Positions 9,711 to 19,316 of a stretch of DNA of 64,000 bases are shown piece by piece. The notes beneath the pieces were generated by a model. That model worked only from the letters and a program-made list of their open reading frames with translations. It was not told the DNA's origin and did no database searches. The translations under genes and the position numbers were made by a program. Source of the stretch: Candidatus Woesearchaeota archaeon (lineage in GTDB: Archaea; Nanobdellota; Nanobdellia; Woesearchaeales; ARS49); contig JACQNC010000014.1 of assembly GCA_016203225.1 (NCBI GenBank), forward strand, positions 91,715 to 155,714, given 5' to 3'. Position 1 is the stretch's first letter; each line of letters begins with the position of its first letter.

Positions 9711-10015
9711 TAGGCATCCACCAGGATCTGGCCGCCTTCGACCTTGAGCTTGAAGCAGGAAACCGCTGTCGGCGCAGGCGGAGACAAGACCTTGCCAGTC
9801 GTGACATCGAACTGGCCGCCGTGCCACGGACACGTGACCGTGATGCCGTCCAGCTCGCCTTCTCCCAGCGGGCCGCCCTTGTGCGTGCAACGGCCATTTA
9901 TGCAATAGAATTTCCCTTCCACGTTCGCGATGGCGATATCCTTGTCGTTCGCCTTGAACGCGCGGATGTTCCCCAGAGGAACGTCAGATGTCTTGCAGAC
10001 CGGTACGAATGCCAA
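9710..10015 (-). CDS. Rieske [2Fe-2S] ferredoxin-like protein
   Basis: CTHKGGPL and CPWHGGQF boxes (CxH...CxxH). RBS GGGAGGTG and TATA CCTTTTTATAGC upstream. Confidence 0.8.
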   Translation of the reverse strand: MAFVPVCKTSDVPLGNIRAFKANDKDIAIANVEGKFYCINGRCTHKGGPLGEGELDGITVTCPWHGGQFDVTTGKVLSPPAPTAVSCFKLKVEGGQILVDA

Positions 10016-10110
10016 ACCACACCTCCCTTTGGCAGGTACGTGCTAAGCGGGCTATAAAAAGGTTATTGAGAATCCTGACAGATCATAAAGAATAAAAACC
10101 AAGAAATCAA

Positions 10111-10302
10111 TTACGCTTTCGCGACTTTGACCGCTTTCGGACCCTTGTCCCCCTGCTCGATCTCAAAGGAGACCGCGTCGTTCTCTTTCAGCGTGACGCC
10201 CGGCGCAAGTCCGGTCAGGTGGACGAAATACTCCTTTCCATCCTCGCCCGCGATGAAGCCGAATCCCTTTGAAACGTTGAAAAACTTCACTTTTCCTTTC
10301 AT
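10111..10302 (-). CDS. Cold-shock domain protein
   Basis: MKGKVKFFNVSKGFGFI with RNP1/RNP2-like motifs. Start at the internal ATG, preceded by GGGGGT. Confidence 0.85.
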   Translation of the reverse strand: MKGKVKFFNVSKGFGFIAGEDGKEYFVHLTGLAPGVTLKENDAVSFEIEQGDKGPKAVKVAKA

Positions 10303-10437
10303 TCTGCTACCCCCTAAATAGTGGTTATTATCCTGAACAAGTGCGATGGTTTTTAAGCGTTTGCTTTTTAGGTCGCGCATATAGTCTCACCAAGCTAAAT
10401 CTTTAAATCGGTATCCGCGACGCAAAACCCGGTGGTC

Positions 10438-11010
10438 ATGATGAAAACTCCAGATTCTGCGGTCAGTAGGGTGGAACCCATGCGGAACGAGGCAGCGTAC
10501 AAGATGCTCGAATCGCTGCGCAGACACGAGAAGGATGCCGTGCGCGAGTTCGGCAGGCAGGCCACGACGTTCCTCTCGCCCTTTGTCGAGAAGTACGGCG
10601 CGGCCATCAGAGTCTACACGTTCAACGTGGACAAGGTCGGTACGCCCGAGGAAGAATCACTCACGGCAACGCTCGAGATGCCAAAGACGTGGAACATCAA
10701 TTGTCGGCTCAATTGGGCGCCCGGGACCGGCGGCGGACAGGTCGCGTACGTCCGCAAAATCGCGGCAGATGGGAAAGAATTGGTACGCGTCGCAAGTCTC
10801 ATCACGCTGGTCGAGCGCATCAGTCAGAACCTCAGGTTGGAAACCGGCATCAACCATGACCACAACTTCAGCGTGGCGCCTGTCTCAATCGGCATCGCGG
10901 GATGGTACGCGAATGAAAGCCTGCCCCGCATCGCGGCGGCATTCAATGGACTGGACTGCCTGATGGACGTCTACCTGGCGAAAGAACCGGTCACCGCGTC
11001 GCCGGACTGA
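10438..11010 (+). CDS. Hypothetical protein
   Basis: TATA-like CTTTAAATCGG about 30 nt upstream. No recognisable domain. Confidence 0.45.
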   Translation: MMKTPDSAVSRVEPMRNEAAYKMLESLRRHEKDAVREFGRQATTFLSPFVEKYGAAIRVYTFNVDKVGTPEEESLTATLEMPKTWNINCRLNWAPGTGGGQVAYVRKIAADGKELVRVASLITLVERISQNLRLETGINHDHNFSVAPVSIGIAGWYANESLPRIAAAFNGLDCLMDVYLAKEPVTASPD

Positions 11011-12471
11011 CTAGCCCTTCACGTTCCCGATAGGCCTGAGCGCACATACGGGTTTCGAGATGCCGGCGATCTCCATCGTTCGAACGACCTCGGATATGTC
11101 CTTGTACGCGAAGCCTGCCTCTTCAGCAAGACCTGTGAACGTGGTCGTGCGCACGTAGATCCCTCTTTTCTCCATGTCCTTCTGCAACTGCTCACCGCGA
11201 ATGGCGTGCTTCGCCTGCGTGCGCGACATCGTGCGGCCGGAACCGTGCATCGTGCTGCCGAACGTCTCCTCCTCCGCCTTCTTCGTCCCCAACAGCAGGT
11301 AGCTGCCGGTCTCCATCGATCCACCGACTATGACTGGCTGGCCAAGATCGCGATAAAGCGGCGCCAATTCAGCACGCCCGGGACCGAAGCAGCGCGTCGC
11401 GCCCTTGCGATGCACCAAAACCTCCTTGTTCTTGCCGTTCAGTTTGTGCTTCTCGAGCTTCGCGATGTTGTGAGCGACGTCGTAGATCAATTCCATGCCC
11501 AATTCCTTCGGATCCTCCTTGAACACGTGCTTGAACGCCTCGCGGATCTGGTGCGTGATGACCTGCCTGTTCGCGAAAGCGCTATTCGCCGCGCACGCCA
11601 TCGCGTGGAAGTAGGCCTGGCCTTCTTTGGATCTGAACGGCGCGCACGCGAGCTCAGGATCCCGGACAGTGATGCCGTGCGACTTCATCGCAGGACCGAA
11701 CACGTTCAGGTAGTCTGTCGCGATCTGGTGGCCGAAGCCGCGAGAACCGCAGTGCACCATCACGACGACCTGGCCCTCCTCGAGCCCGAACCTCTTCGCG
11801 GCTTTCGCGTCGAAAAGCTCGCCCTTCCGGATGGTCTGGACCTCAAGATAATGATTGCCCGAGCCGAGCGTGCCGAGCTGGTTTATCCCGCGACCCAATG
11901 CCTTCTGGGAAACCTTCGCGGGATCCGCATGGTCGATCGCGCCGAAATCCTCGATGCGTCCGATGTCGCTCTCCCAACCGTAGCCCTGCTCGACGCACCA
12001 CTTCGCGCCACCTTGCATCGCATCCTTCATCTGCGAAGGGTTCATCCGGACAAAGCCCCTGCCTCCGACGCCGGCAGGCACCATCTTGAACAACGTGTCG
12101 ACGAGCTGCTTGATCTTCGGCTGCACGTCCTTCAACTTCAGGTTCGTCTTGATCAAGCGCATGCCGCAATTGATGTCGAACCCGATCCCGCCAGGAGATA
12201 TCACTCCCTTGTCAGGATCGAACGCGGCGACACCGCCTATAGGAAATCCGTAGCCTGAATGCCCGTCTGCCATGCAGTACGCGTGCTTCTGGATGCCGGG
12301 CAGGCACGCGACGTTCGTCAACTGGTCTACGACAGTGTCGTCCATGTCCTTCATGATCGACGGCGTGCCGTAGATACGCGCCGGCACTTGCATGTCGTGC
12401 TTGAACGTCTTCGGAAGTTCCCAGACGACATCGTCGACCTTAGAGAACTGTCTCAACAGCTCGGGATTCAT
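11011..12471 (-). CDS. rtcB: RNA-splicing ligase RtcB
   Basis: Full-length RtcB signature, including metal-binding His and Cys motifs and the GSMETGSY segment. Confidence 0.95.
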   Translation of the reverse strand: MNPELLRQFSKVDDVVWELPKTFKHDMQVPARIYGTPSIMKDMDDTVVDQLTNVACLPGIQKHAYCMADGHSGYGFPIGGVAAFDPDKGVISPGGIGFDINCGMRLIKTNLKLKDVQPKIKQLVDTLFKMVPAGVGGRGFVRMNPSQMKDAMQGGAKWCVEQGYGWESDIGRIEDFGAIDHADPAKVSQKALGRGINQLGTLGSGNHYLEVQTIRKGELFDAKAAKRFGLEEGQVVVMVHCGSRGFGHQIATDYLNVFGPAMKSHGITVRDPELACAPFRSKEGQAYFHAMACAANSAFANRQVITHQIREAFKHVFKEDPKELGMELIYDVAHNIAKLEKHKLNGKNKEVLVHRKGATRCFGPGRAELAPLYRDLGQPVIVGGSMETGSYLLLGTKKAEEETFGSTMHGSGRTMSRTQAKHAIRGEQLQKDMEKRGIYVRTTTFTGLAEEAGFAYKDISEVVRTMEIAGISKPVCALRPIGNVKG

Positions 12472-12896
12472 ACATCCACCACGACGCGAGCTGTCCAGCC
12501 TTTCTTGTCCTGCGTTACCGAGAACTGGTGCAGCGTGATCGCTTTCACGTCGGTGCCGAGCTTCATCTTCTTGTTTATCGTGTCGCCTTTCAGGTGCGCG
12601 TGCAACTGCCAGCCCTTGTTCTTCGCGACAGAGACCTTGAACTCGCTGAACAGCATCTGTTCCGCGTCCTTGACGTACACGAGTTCTGATAAGAATTCGT
12701 ACAGCAACGTCTCGACCGAGTCCTTCTCGAGCGTTATCGTTGTCGTCTCCTTCGGCTTCACGGTCTTCACGTCCACCATCGCGCTCTCGACCGCCAACGC
12801 CGCGTGCTCGAACAACTCACTCAAATCCTTGCCGACTGCCTCGAACGCGAGGTCCGCCATGGCGATGCCTTCGAGAACGCGGAAACCTTTTTTCAT
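12468..12896 (-). CDS. Archease (RtcB activator)
   Basis: MKKGFRVLEG...FEAVG, the typical archease N-terminus. 4-nt overlap with rtcB. TATA CGTTTAAAAG about 29 nt upstream of the ATG at 12896. The longer ORF up to 12947 would use a GTG start. Confidence 0.85.
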   Translation of the reverse strand: MKKGFRVLEGIAMADLAFEAVGKDLSELFEHAALAVESAMVDVKTVKPKETTTITLEKDSVETLLYEFLSELVYVKDAEQMLFSEFKVSVAKNKGWQLHAHLKGDTINKKMKLGTDVKAITLHQFSVTQDKKGWTARVVVDV

Positions 12897-12948
12897 GACG
12901 TCCATTACCGAGAGCTGCCTTTTAAACGTTGCCTTGTGAACATGCACG

Positions 12949-13032
12949 CGTCCCAGAAATTACTCCCCCGGCAGGTTTGAACGGGCTTTACGGTATCGCT
13001 TCGAAAGCCATAACACCACTAACCTGCTTGGG
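12949..13032 (+). repeat. Intergenic structured repeat, copy B (short form)
   Basis: CCCCCGGCAGGTTTG ... ACACCACTAACCTGCTTGGG. The 5' arm is the reverse complement of the 3' arm. Confidence 0.6.
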
Positions 13033-13067
13033 TACGAGCAACGTAGGCATGCAAAAGTGAAGAACTT

Positions 13068-14549
13068 CTACTTCCAGTCCTCAAGCAACCTGACAAGCAG
13101 CCTGACGCCCGCTCCTGTCCCGCCGGAGACGTTCAAGGGACCGTCCTTCTCTATCCACGCCGGCCCTGCGATGTCAAGATGGCACCAGGGAGTCTTGTCG
13201 ACGAACGCCTTCAGGAACGCGGCGCCTGTCTCTGCGCCTGCGCCGCCGGACTTGCCCGAGATGTTCTTCAGGTCGGCGAAATCGCTCTTCATCATGTCGG
13301 AATACTCGTCATAGAGCGGCAACTGCCACGCCCTGTCATCCGTGTGGCCGGCAGCATCCAGGACCGTGCTGATGAGCTTCTGGTCCGTGCCCATCACGCC
13401 AGACGCGACGTTGCCCAACGCGACCACGCAAGCGCCAGTGAGCGTCGCGAGGTCGATTATCGCGGACGGCTTGAACGTTTCAGCATACGACAACGCGTCG
13501 GCGAGCACGATCCTGCCCTCGGCATCCGTGTTCAGCACCTCTATCGTCTTGCCATTGTATGCCTTGATGATGTCGCCCGGCTTGTACGCGTCTCCGCCAG
13601 GCAGGTTCTCGGTGACCGAGAGGAATCCGAGCACGTGAACGGGCAGCTTCAGCTCTGCAGCGGACTTTATCGCAGCGAACACGGCGGCAGCGCCAGCCAT
13701 GTCAGACTTCATGTCTTCCATGTAGTCAGCCGGCTTCAAAGACAGCCCGCCTGAATCGAACGTGACGCCCTTGCCGACGAGCGCGAGCGGAGCGCCCTTC
13801 GCGCCCTCATAGTCGAGCACGAGCAGACGCGGCTCGCGCACGCTGCCCTTGTTGACCGCGAGGATGCCACCCATGCCCATCTTCTCAAGATCCTTCTTGC
13901 CATACGCGGTGAGCTTCACAGGCAGGTCCTTGAGCGCGTTGCGCACGGCCTCCTCCATCTTCTCGGGATACAGCGAGCTCGCGGGCTCATTCACGAGATC
14001 GCGCGTCAATCGCACATTCGTCGCGATGACGCTGCCCCTGCGCGAACCTTCCTCGACATCAGCCTTGTCGGCGTCGACCAGTAATTCCATGTTATCAAGG
14101 AATTTCTGCTTGTCCTTATCGACAGTCTTGTACTTGGTGAACTGGTACAATCCAAGAAGCGCGCCTTCGGCTACGGCCTGGGCTTTCGCCTTGACGGATC
14201 CTTCTACCGCGGCAGAGAGCAATGCAGTCCCTGCTTTCTTCGCGCCCAGGTCCCTGCAGATGCGCGCTGTAGAGCCAGCGGCCTTCCGCAACAGGTGCAG
14301 ATTCGGCTCCTTGCCCAAACCTACGAGGATGACGTACGGCGTAGGCAGCTTGCCAAGCGTCGTGATGGTGCGCACCTTGAGAGGTTCTCCTGTGAATTGC
14401 TTGCGCTCGACCAGGCGCGAGATCGCGCCACCCAGAATCTTGTCAAGCGCCTGCAATTGACCAGTTAACTGGCCTTCGGGCATGCCGACCACGAGCGCGT
14501 CGCCGGCGTACTGTGCGATGCTTTCCTGCGAGATGGAGAGTTTTGTCAT
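13068..14549 (-). CDS. pepA: Leucyl aminopeptidase (M17)
   Basis: NTDAEGRIVLADAL signature. Confidence 0.9.
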   Translation of the reverse strand: MTKLSISQESIAQYAGDALVVGMPEGQLTGQLQALDKILGGAISRLVERKQFTGEPLKVRTITTLGKLPTPYVILVGLGKEPNLHLLRKAAGSTARICRDLGAKKAGTALLSAAVEGSVKAKAQAVAEGALLGLYQFTKYKTVDKDKQKFLDNMELLVDADKADVEEGSRRGSVIATNVRLTRDLVNEPASSLYPEKMEEAVRNALKDLPVKLTAYGKKDLEKMGMGGILAVNKGSVREPRLLVLDYEGAKGAPLALVGKGVTFDSGGLSLKPADYMEDMKSDMAGAAAVFAAIKSAAELKLPVHVLGFLSVTENLPGGDAYKPGDIIKAYNGKTIEVLNTDAEGRIVLADALSYAETFKPSAIIDLATLTGACVVALGNVASGVMGTDQKLISTVLDAAGHTDDRAWQLPLYDEYSDMMKSDFADLKNISGKSGGAGAETGAAFLKAFVDKTPWCHLDIAGPAWIEKDGPLNVSGGTGAGVRLLVRLLEDWK

Positions 14550-14603
14550 GCCTTCGCTGGCCTTGTCGAGTTATATAAGGTTTTTCTTTGCCAGCGCCAT
14601 AAA

Positions 14604-14611
14604 CTTTATAA
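14604..14611 (+). promoter_or_regulatory. TATA box TTTATAAA for the leaderless gene at 14635
   Basis: 24-nt spacing to the ATG. Confidence 0.5.
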
Positions 14612-14634
14612 ACGGCCATCTTCGAAAAAGAGAC

Positions 14635-15654
14635 ATGGGGTTCAAGCAATTCCTTCCTGTGATCGCCTTGCTCATATTGGCAGCGCCTGCGCTCGCCGAC
14701 GCGAGACTCCCGGAAGCAGGTATCGTGCCGGGCTCATTCCTATACAGCATCGACCTTTCGCTCGAGAACATCAAGCTCTTCCTAACTTTCGACCGCGCAG
14801 AACGCATCCGTGTCGGGCTGCAATTCGCGGCAGAACGCATCTCTGAACTGCAGCTCACTCTCATCGAGGATTCGCCCGAACGCGCCGAAGCAGCGCTCGA
14901 GGAACGCAAGGCCCTCCTCGACAAGGTCGCGGTCCAGTTCAAGAAACACCACGGCGATGACGAAGCGGCGTTCGTGGCGGAGATCCAACAGACGCTCGAC
15001 GCGCACGACGCGCTCATCAAGGACGCATACGATGGCGCAGACGCGGGCGAGATCGACTTCTACGACAAAGCCACTGATCAGAACAAGGCATTCAAGGCGG
15101 TAATCGAGGAACGCGCAAAAGACCTGGATATCGAATTGGCAGAGGCCGTTGAGGAGGCGCCTGTCGTATCGGAAGAGACGGTGCCTGCGATCACCGGCGC
15201 GGTCGTCTCTGAGCCTGAACTGCCGAAGGACATCGCGATACACGCGGCAGTGAGCGACGAAGAAACGGACATCGTCGTCACGGGCGATATCGAGCGCAAG
15301 TTCACGCTAGACGTCACCGAACTCGAAGACCTCGTCACAGAGATCGCGAAGCTCCTGGACGTCTCTGAAGACAACGTCAGGGACGCGATGATTGTCGAGG
15401 TCGCGGCGGCCAAACCGAGGATAACCGTCATGATCGAGGGCGACGAAGTCGCGCGCATCACCGTCATAAACAACGGAATCGAGAAGAAGATCGTGCTCGC
15501 CATAACCGATCCCCAGGCAATCGCGGTCGAGGTCGCGCGCCGCACCGGGCTGGACGTGGAGCTCGTGCGAGACGTCATGACGATCACGAAGGATTACAAC
15601 GAAGGGTATTACCTGAACGTCACCATCCCCGCGAACGAGACTAATTCTTCGTGA
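14635..15654 (+). CDS. Secreted acidic Ala/Glu-rich protein
   Basis: TATA TTTATAAA (14604-14611) lies 24 nt upstream of the ATG. Signal peptide MGFKQFLPVIALLILAAPALA. Confidence 0.5.
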   Translation: MGFKQFLPVIALLILAAPALADARLPEAGIVPGSFLYSIDLSLENIKLFLTFDRAERIRVGLQFAAERISELQLTLIEDSPERAEAALEERKALLDKVAVQFKKHHGDDEAAFVAEIQQTLDAHDALIKDAYDGADAGEIDFYDKATDQNKAFKAVIEERAKDLDIELAEAVEEAPVVSEETVPAITGAVVSEPELPKDIAIHAAVSDEETDIVVTGDIERKFTLDVTELEDLVTEIAKLLDVSEDNVRDAMIVEVAAAKPRITVMIEGDEVARITVINNGIEKKIVLAITDPQAIAVEVARRTGLDVELVRDVMTITKDYNEGYYLNVTIPANETNSS

Positions 15655-15680
15655 GCAACAGCGCATTCTACGTTAACCCT

Positions 15681-15794
15681 GTTCCCCGCTTTTCTCCCCA
15701 GGCAGATTGGTAGTCGCTTCATTGCTATCGATTCTATGCCAGTAAAGCGTCAAACCTGCTTGGGACGAGCACACTTCAGTTCATCACGCATGGG
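15681..15794 (+). repeat. Intergenic structured repeat, copy C
   Basis: CCGCTTTTCTCCCCAGGCAGATTGG...TATCGATTC...CAAACCTGCTTGGG...TCATCACGCATGGGG. Confidence 0.65.
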
Positions 15795-15848
15795 GCGACA
15801 GAGTCCTGCATCATAACGTTTTTAAAGCATCCGAAGGGAAGCATTGAC

Positions 15849-16556
15849 ATGAAATACGAGGGAACTGTCGTCCAAGTGCGGCAAGAGACGCCGCGCGTCA
15901 AGACCATCCGCGTGAGTTGGCCGGGCATCGAAGCGTTGCAGTTCGTGCCCGGACAGTTCTTCATGCTCAGCATCCCGGGATTCGTCAACCAAGCAGGCGT
16001 GCAGGTGAGGCGAGCGTACAGCATCGCGAGCGCACCGTTGGACAAGGGCTTTGTCGAATTCACCATCACTTCAAAGACCCCGACAGGACTATCAGCCAGA
16101 GCGCACGAGCTAAAGGTCGGAGACGCCCTGTCGCTCGATGGGCCTGCGGGCCATTTCGGGCTCAAACGACCGGTAAAGGACATCGCGTTCATCGCCGGCG
16201 GTTCAGGAGTCTCGAGCCTCCGTGCCATGTACCGACAGCTTCTGCTCGAAGGTCACCCGGGCCCGATCACGCTCCTGTTCGGCTTCCACGCACCAGAGGA
16301 CTTCATATTCAAGGACGAACTAGCGGAACTCCAACGAAGGCATCCGAACTTCAAAGTCATACCGACAATCACCACAGACGACCCTGCATGGACCGGAAAA
16401 CGCGGTCGTGTCACAGAACTCATCCCTCAGCTCTTCGCGGATACGAAGGACAGTGACTTCTATCTATGCGGTCCTCCTGCGATGGTGGAGGACACTATCA
16501 AGACACTCGCCGGCATCGGCGTGGCCCGCCACCGGATATTCCGTGAGGTATGGTAG
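15849..16556 (+). CDS. Ferredoxin-NADP reductase-like FAD/NAD(P)-binding oxidoreductase
   Basis: RAYSIAS (RxYS) FAD-binding motif and GGSGVS NAD-binding motif. Confidence 0.7.
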   Translation: MKYEGTVVQVRQETPRVKTIRVSWPGIEALQFVPGQFFMLSIPGFVNQAGVQVRRAYSIASAPLDKGFVEFTITSKTPTGLSARAHELKVGDALSLDGPAGHFGLKRPVKDIAFIAGGSGVSSLRAMYRQLLLEGHPGPITLLFGFHAPEDFIFKDELAELQRRHPNFKVIPTITTDDPAWTGKRGRVTELIPQLFADTKDSDFYLCGPPAMVEDTIKTLAGIGVARHRIFREVW

Positions 16557-16891
16557 TCGTCATCGCGGTAACGGACCTGTACTTCCAGGCCAAGATCATA
16601 GAGGTCGCACAGCAAGCCCGTGGTGACATCGTGCTCGCGAGCACGCAGGACGCCGTCCTCGAACAGACCCGCGAACTTGAACCCAGTCATGTCATAATCG
16701 ACCTGGACGAGAAAGCGTTCGATGCCATTGACACCATCAAGCAACTGAAGGAACAGAACGCGAGCGTCCACATCGTAGGGTTCGTAAGCCACGTCCAACG
16801 CGACCTGCAGGCCCGGGCGAAACTCGCGGGTTGTGATGATATCCTGGCGCGAAGCGCGTTCTTCACGAACCTGGCTGGATTGCTCCAGTAG
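16550..16891 (+). CDS. Receiver-domain-like protein (CheY-like)
   Basis: 7-nt overlap with the upstream gene. An acidic-pocket/VIIDLD-like segment is present. Weak. Confidence 0.35.
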   Translation: MVVVIAVTDLYFQAKIIEVAQQARGDIVLASTQDAVLEQTRELEPSHVIIDLDEKAFDAIDTIKQLKEQNASVHIVGFVSHVQRDLQARAKLAGCDDILARSAFFTNLAGLLQ

Positions 16892-17294
16892 ACTCCTGCT
16901 CGATAGGCGAGTCCTTAGCGGTCCTGAAATATTCCCTCGCGATAGTGCCGAGGTCCATTAGAAGCTTCTGTGTGTCCGGAGGGATCTGCTGGACGCTCTC
17001 CCACTGGTGGTGATTCGATAACTCGACACCATCGAACGCCAGATTCCCCCCGTCTGTGTTACGGTAACACTTGAAGTTCAGCTCATAATTCCCGCGTTCG
17101 AGCCTGCCCGTGACTTCTACATCGACCGTGACCGCTTGGGTCCCCTCGAAGTTCACTTCTTGATCGCGTCCCGTGTGGAGAGAGAGCGTCCTGCACTGCG
17201 CTTCACGTTTCAGATACACGAAGAAATCAGTCAGCGCTTTCCAGCGCATCTGATGCGGGAAAGGGATGACTGTTAACTCCTCAAGATCCCCCAT
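16863..17294 (-). CDS. Hypothetical protein
   Basis: Internal Met start chosen to avoid overlap with the methyltransferase gene. Confidence 0.35.
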   Translation of the reverse strand: MGDLEELTVIPFPHQMRWKALTDFFVYLKREAQCRTLSLHTGRDQEVNFEGTQAVTVDVEVTGRLERGNYELNFKCYRNTDGGNLAFDGVELSNHHQWESVQQIPPDTQKLLMDLGTIAREYFRTAKDSPIEQESTGAIQPGS

Positions 17295-17335
17295 GACACC
17301 ATTAAGCCGTAGGGGTTTTATATCGTTTGCTATTC

Positions 17336-18532
17336 TTAAGACGAGGCTTTCGGCCGCATACGGCCCAACATCACACGCGTGGGCTCGTCCATGCGTTCGT
17401 GCTCGAGCTTCCTGCACACGAGAGCCTCGTGCGCGAACACGAACACGTGCAACGTCTTGTCGCCCCTGAGCCTCGACTCGTACTTCCGTCGCTCGGTCCA
17501 GTACTTGTCCGGCGCGAGCTTCTGGCGCAGGACGACCTTGCCCGCGTTCTCCCACATGAGGACCGCGAGGATGTCCTCGAACTTGTTCTCGACCGCGTCC
17601 ACGAGTTCGTAACGCGCCTTGAGATGCGTGCTCGTCAGGAGCGTGTTGCTCGTCAGCAGCGTGTCGCGTTCATCGCTATAAAGGAAGGTGTGCTCGTCGC
17701 CGAGCTTCCAACTCAGGCCCGCTTTCGCGACCGCGGGATCGACCTCGAACATGTACTTCAGCGCCCCGGAGTTCCGCAATGGCCTCTCAGAACCATCACT
17801 CGTGAGTTCATGATGGCCCGGCAGGAGCACCGCGCTGCGTTCGTGGCGTTTTAGGTCTCCAAGATAGACCGTTAGGCGGTTCAGCGAATGGTCGACCGAT
17901 ATGAATTCCTTCTCGCAATCGAGGTCGACCTTCTGGATCTGCGGCGGCAACTCGATCGCGATGCTTGGCGTAAGCTTCCGCGAGGCATCGATCAACTGCC
18001 TGAGCGGCGGTCTGAAGCTCGTGTCGAAGCTCCGCACCTTCTCCTCGGGCGCGCGTTCAGGGTCAACGAACACGATGTCTGCCCCGACAAGGTTCTGCAA
18101 GGCCTTGAGTCCGTCCGCATGGATGAATTCGATGTTGTTCGCGTCCACCTTCTTGGCGTTCTCGAGCGCGTACCTGATCTTGCGCTTATCTATATCGATC
18201 GCGATGACCCTTTTGCAGGTGCGCGCGAACGCGATGGTCTGGATGCCCACCCCGCAACCGACATCGACCAAAGTGTCGCACGCCAGCCGTTTGGCACGGT
18301 ACTGGGCTACAAGCTCGTTGGTCGCGAACCTGAGGTCGTCCTCAGTCAGGTAGTAGTCCTCCGAGGTCTTGGTGGTGGTGAGGCGCGTCTTCGCCACCGA
18401 GCACAGCTCATCAAAGTCATGGAGGTTAAGCTGCTTCGCTATCTGTTCCTTGCTCTTTCCCCGTTTTATGAGCTCCATGATGGTCTTGACATGTACGTCG
18501 ACCATCTGAGGCGTATATGTATCGAAGATCAC
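17336..18532 (-). CDS. Class I SAM-dependent methyltransferase (Tgs1/Methyltransf_15-like motif VDVGCGVGIQTIAFA) with C-terminal domain of unknown function
   Basis: SAM-binding motif I and the post-I acidic residue (VIAIDID). Confidence 0.65.
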   Translation of the reverse strand: MIFDTYTPQMVDVHVKTIMELIKRGKSKEQIAKQLNLHDFDELCSVAKTRLTTTKTSEDYYLTEDDLRFATNELVAQYRAKRLACDTLVDVGCGVGIQTIAFARTCKRVIAIDIDKRKIRYALENAKKVDANNIEFIHADGLKALQNLVGADIVFVDPERAPEEKVRSFDTSFRPPLRQLIDASRKLTPSIAIELPPQIQKVDLDCEKEFISVDHSLNRLTVYLGDLKRHERSAVLLPGHHELTSDGSERPLRNSGALKYMFEVDPAVAKAGLSWKLGDEHTFLYSDERDTLLTSNTLLTSTHLKARYELVDAVENKFEDILAVLMWENAGKVVLRQKLAPDKYWTERRKYESRLRGDKTLHVFVFAHEALVCRKLEHERMDEPTRVMLGRMRPKASS

Positions 18533-18654
18533 GGCGCACCCTTTTTCCCTACTTCAGAAGGCATACATTTATAAACCCTCCTTCTCCTATATGAGTATAC
18601 TCGTTCTCGCGAGAGAATCGGTAGAATAGTAAACAATTCCGGAGAGACCCGTAT

Positions 18655-18804
18655 GCAATTCAATGCAGGCGGCTTCGGCGGACCGCGTCAAATGTTCGAC
18701 GCGACCTGCTCGGAGTGCCAGAAAACGTGTCAGGTTCCGTTCAAGCCCAAGGCCGAACGACCTGTCTACTGCAGCGACTGCTTCAAGAAGCACAAGCCGC
18801 AGTA
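18655..18804 (+). CDS. Small zinc-ribbon protein (49 aa)
   Basis: CSECQKTCQVPFKPKAERPVYCSDCF. RBS GGAGAG. Too short for the supplied ORF track. Confidence 0.5.
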
Positions 18805-18832
18805 ATCCGCTGATCACCTGATTAGCAAGCGA

Positions 18833-18860
18833 ATCCCTTTTCTTTTTGTCCTTTTTTTCA
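18833..18860 (+). terminator. Oligo-T tract (CCCTTTTCTTTTTGTCCTTTTTTTC) downstream of the small zinc-ribbon gene
   Basis: Archaeal-type poly-T termination signal. Confidence 0.35.
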
Positions 18861-18891
18861 TTCTTTAGTGGTTTTCATTCTTTAGTGGTAA
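18858..18891 (+). promoter_or_regulatory. Tandem 17-nt direct repeat (TTCATTCTTTAGTGGTT x2) immediately upstream of a TATA box
   Basis: Two adjacent near-identical copies end 12 nt before TTTATAAA (18903-18910). A candidate transcription-factor site. Confidence 0.45.
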
Positions 18892-18932
18892 CCGTCAGAA
18901 CCTTTATAAAGGGGGTTCTGGTCCCTGCCTTC

Positions 18933-19316
18933 ATGGCAGTAAGTGAAGCGGAATTCCTGGGCGAGTTCGACGAAGCAGTACGCACCCGCGGTCTCGAACG
19001 CATCCCTATCCATACCTACCTGGCATTCCTGCGAACGAAGGAGCTCAGAGATACAGGCACGCGGACAGAATCCTGGCGAAAGGCACGATCGCTATATCAA
19101 GCGATCCGCGGGCTTTATCATCCAGAGACCGTCTGCGACGCCATGGACCTTCTTAGGCGGAGCGTCATCCCCGTATCGCTCGTAGAATCGTGGGCAAAAG
19201 ACGGGAAACTCGTGACGCCTCTCGAATACGATGCAGCATTACAGGGTTATCCTTCACTACGGGAACCGCTCGATATCGCCATACAGTCAGAACTCGAGAA
19301 CGCATTGACCGTCTAG
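18933..19316 (+). CDS. Hypothetical protein
   Basis: TATA 18903-18910 lies about 25 nt upstream of the ATG (leaderless). Confidence 0.45.
   Translation: MAVSEAEFLGEFDEAVRTRGLERIPIHTYLAFLRTKELRDTGTRTESWRKARSLYQAIRGLYHPETVCDAMDLLRRSVIPVSLVESWAKDGKLVTPLEYDAALQGYPSLREPLDIAIQSELENALTV

Noticed and set aside
11206-12258. 350-aa + strand ORF
   Set aside because: It is antisense to rtcB. Low-complexity Arg/Ala/Leu-rich translation marks it as a shadow ORF.
12259-12939. 226-aa + strand ORF
   Set aside because: It is antisense to the archease gene. The archease frame has clear family motifs, and this one has none.
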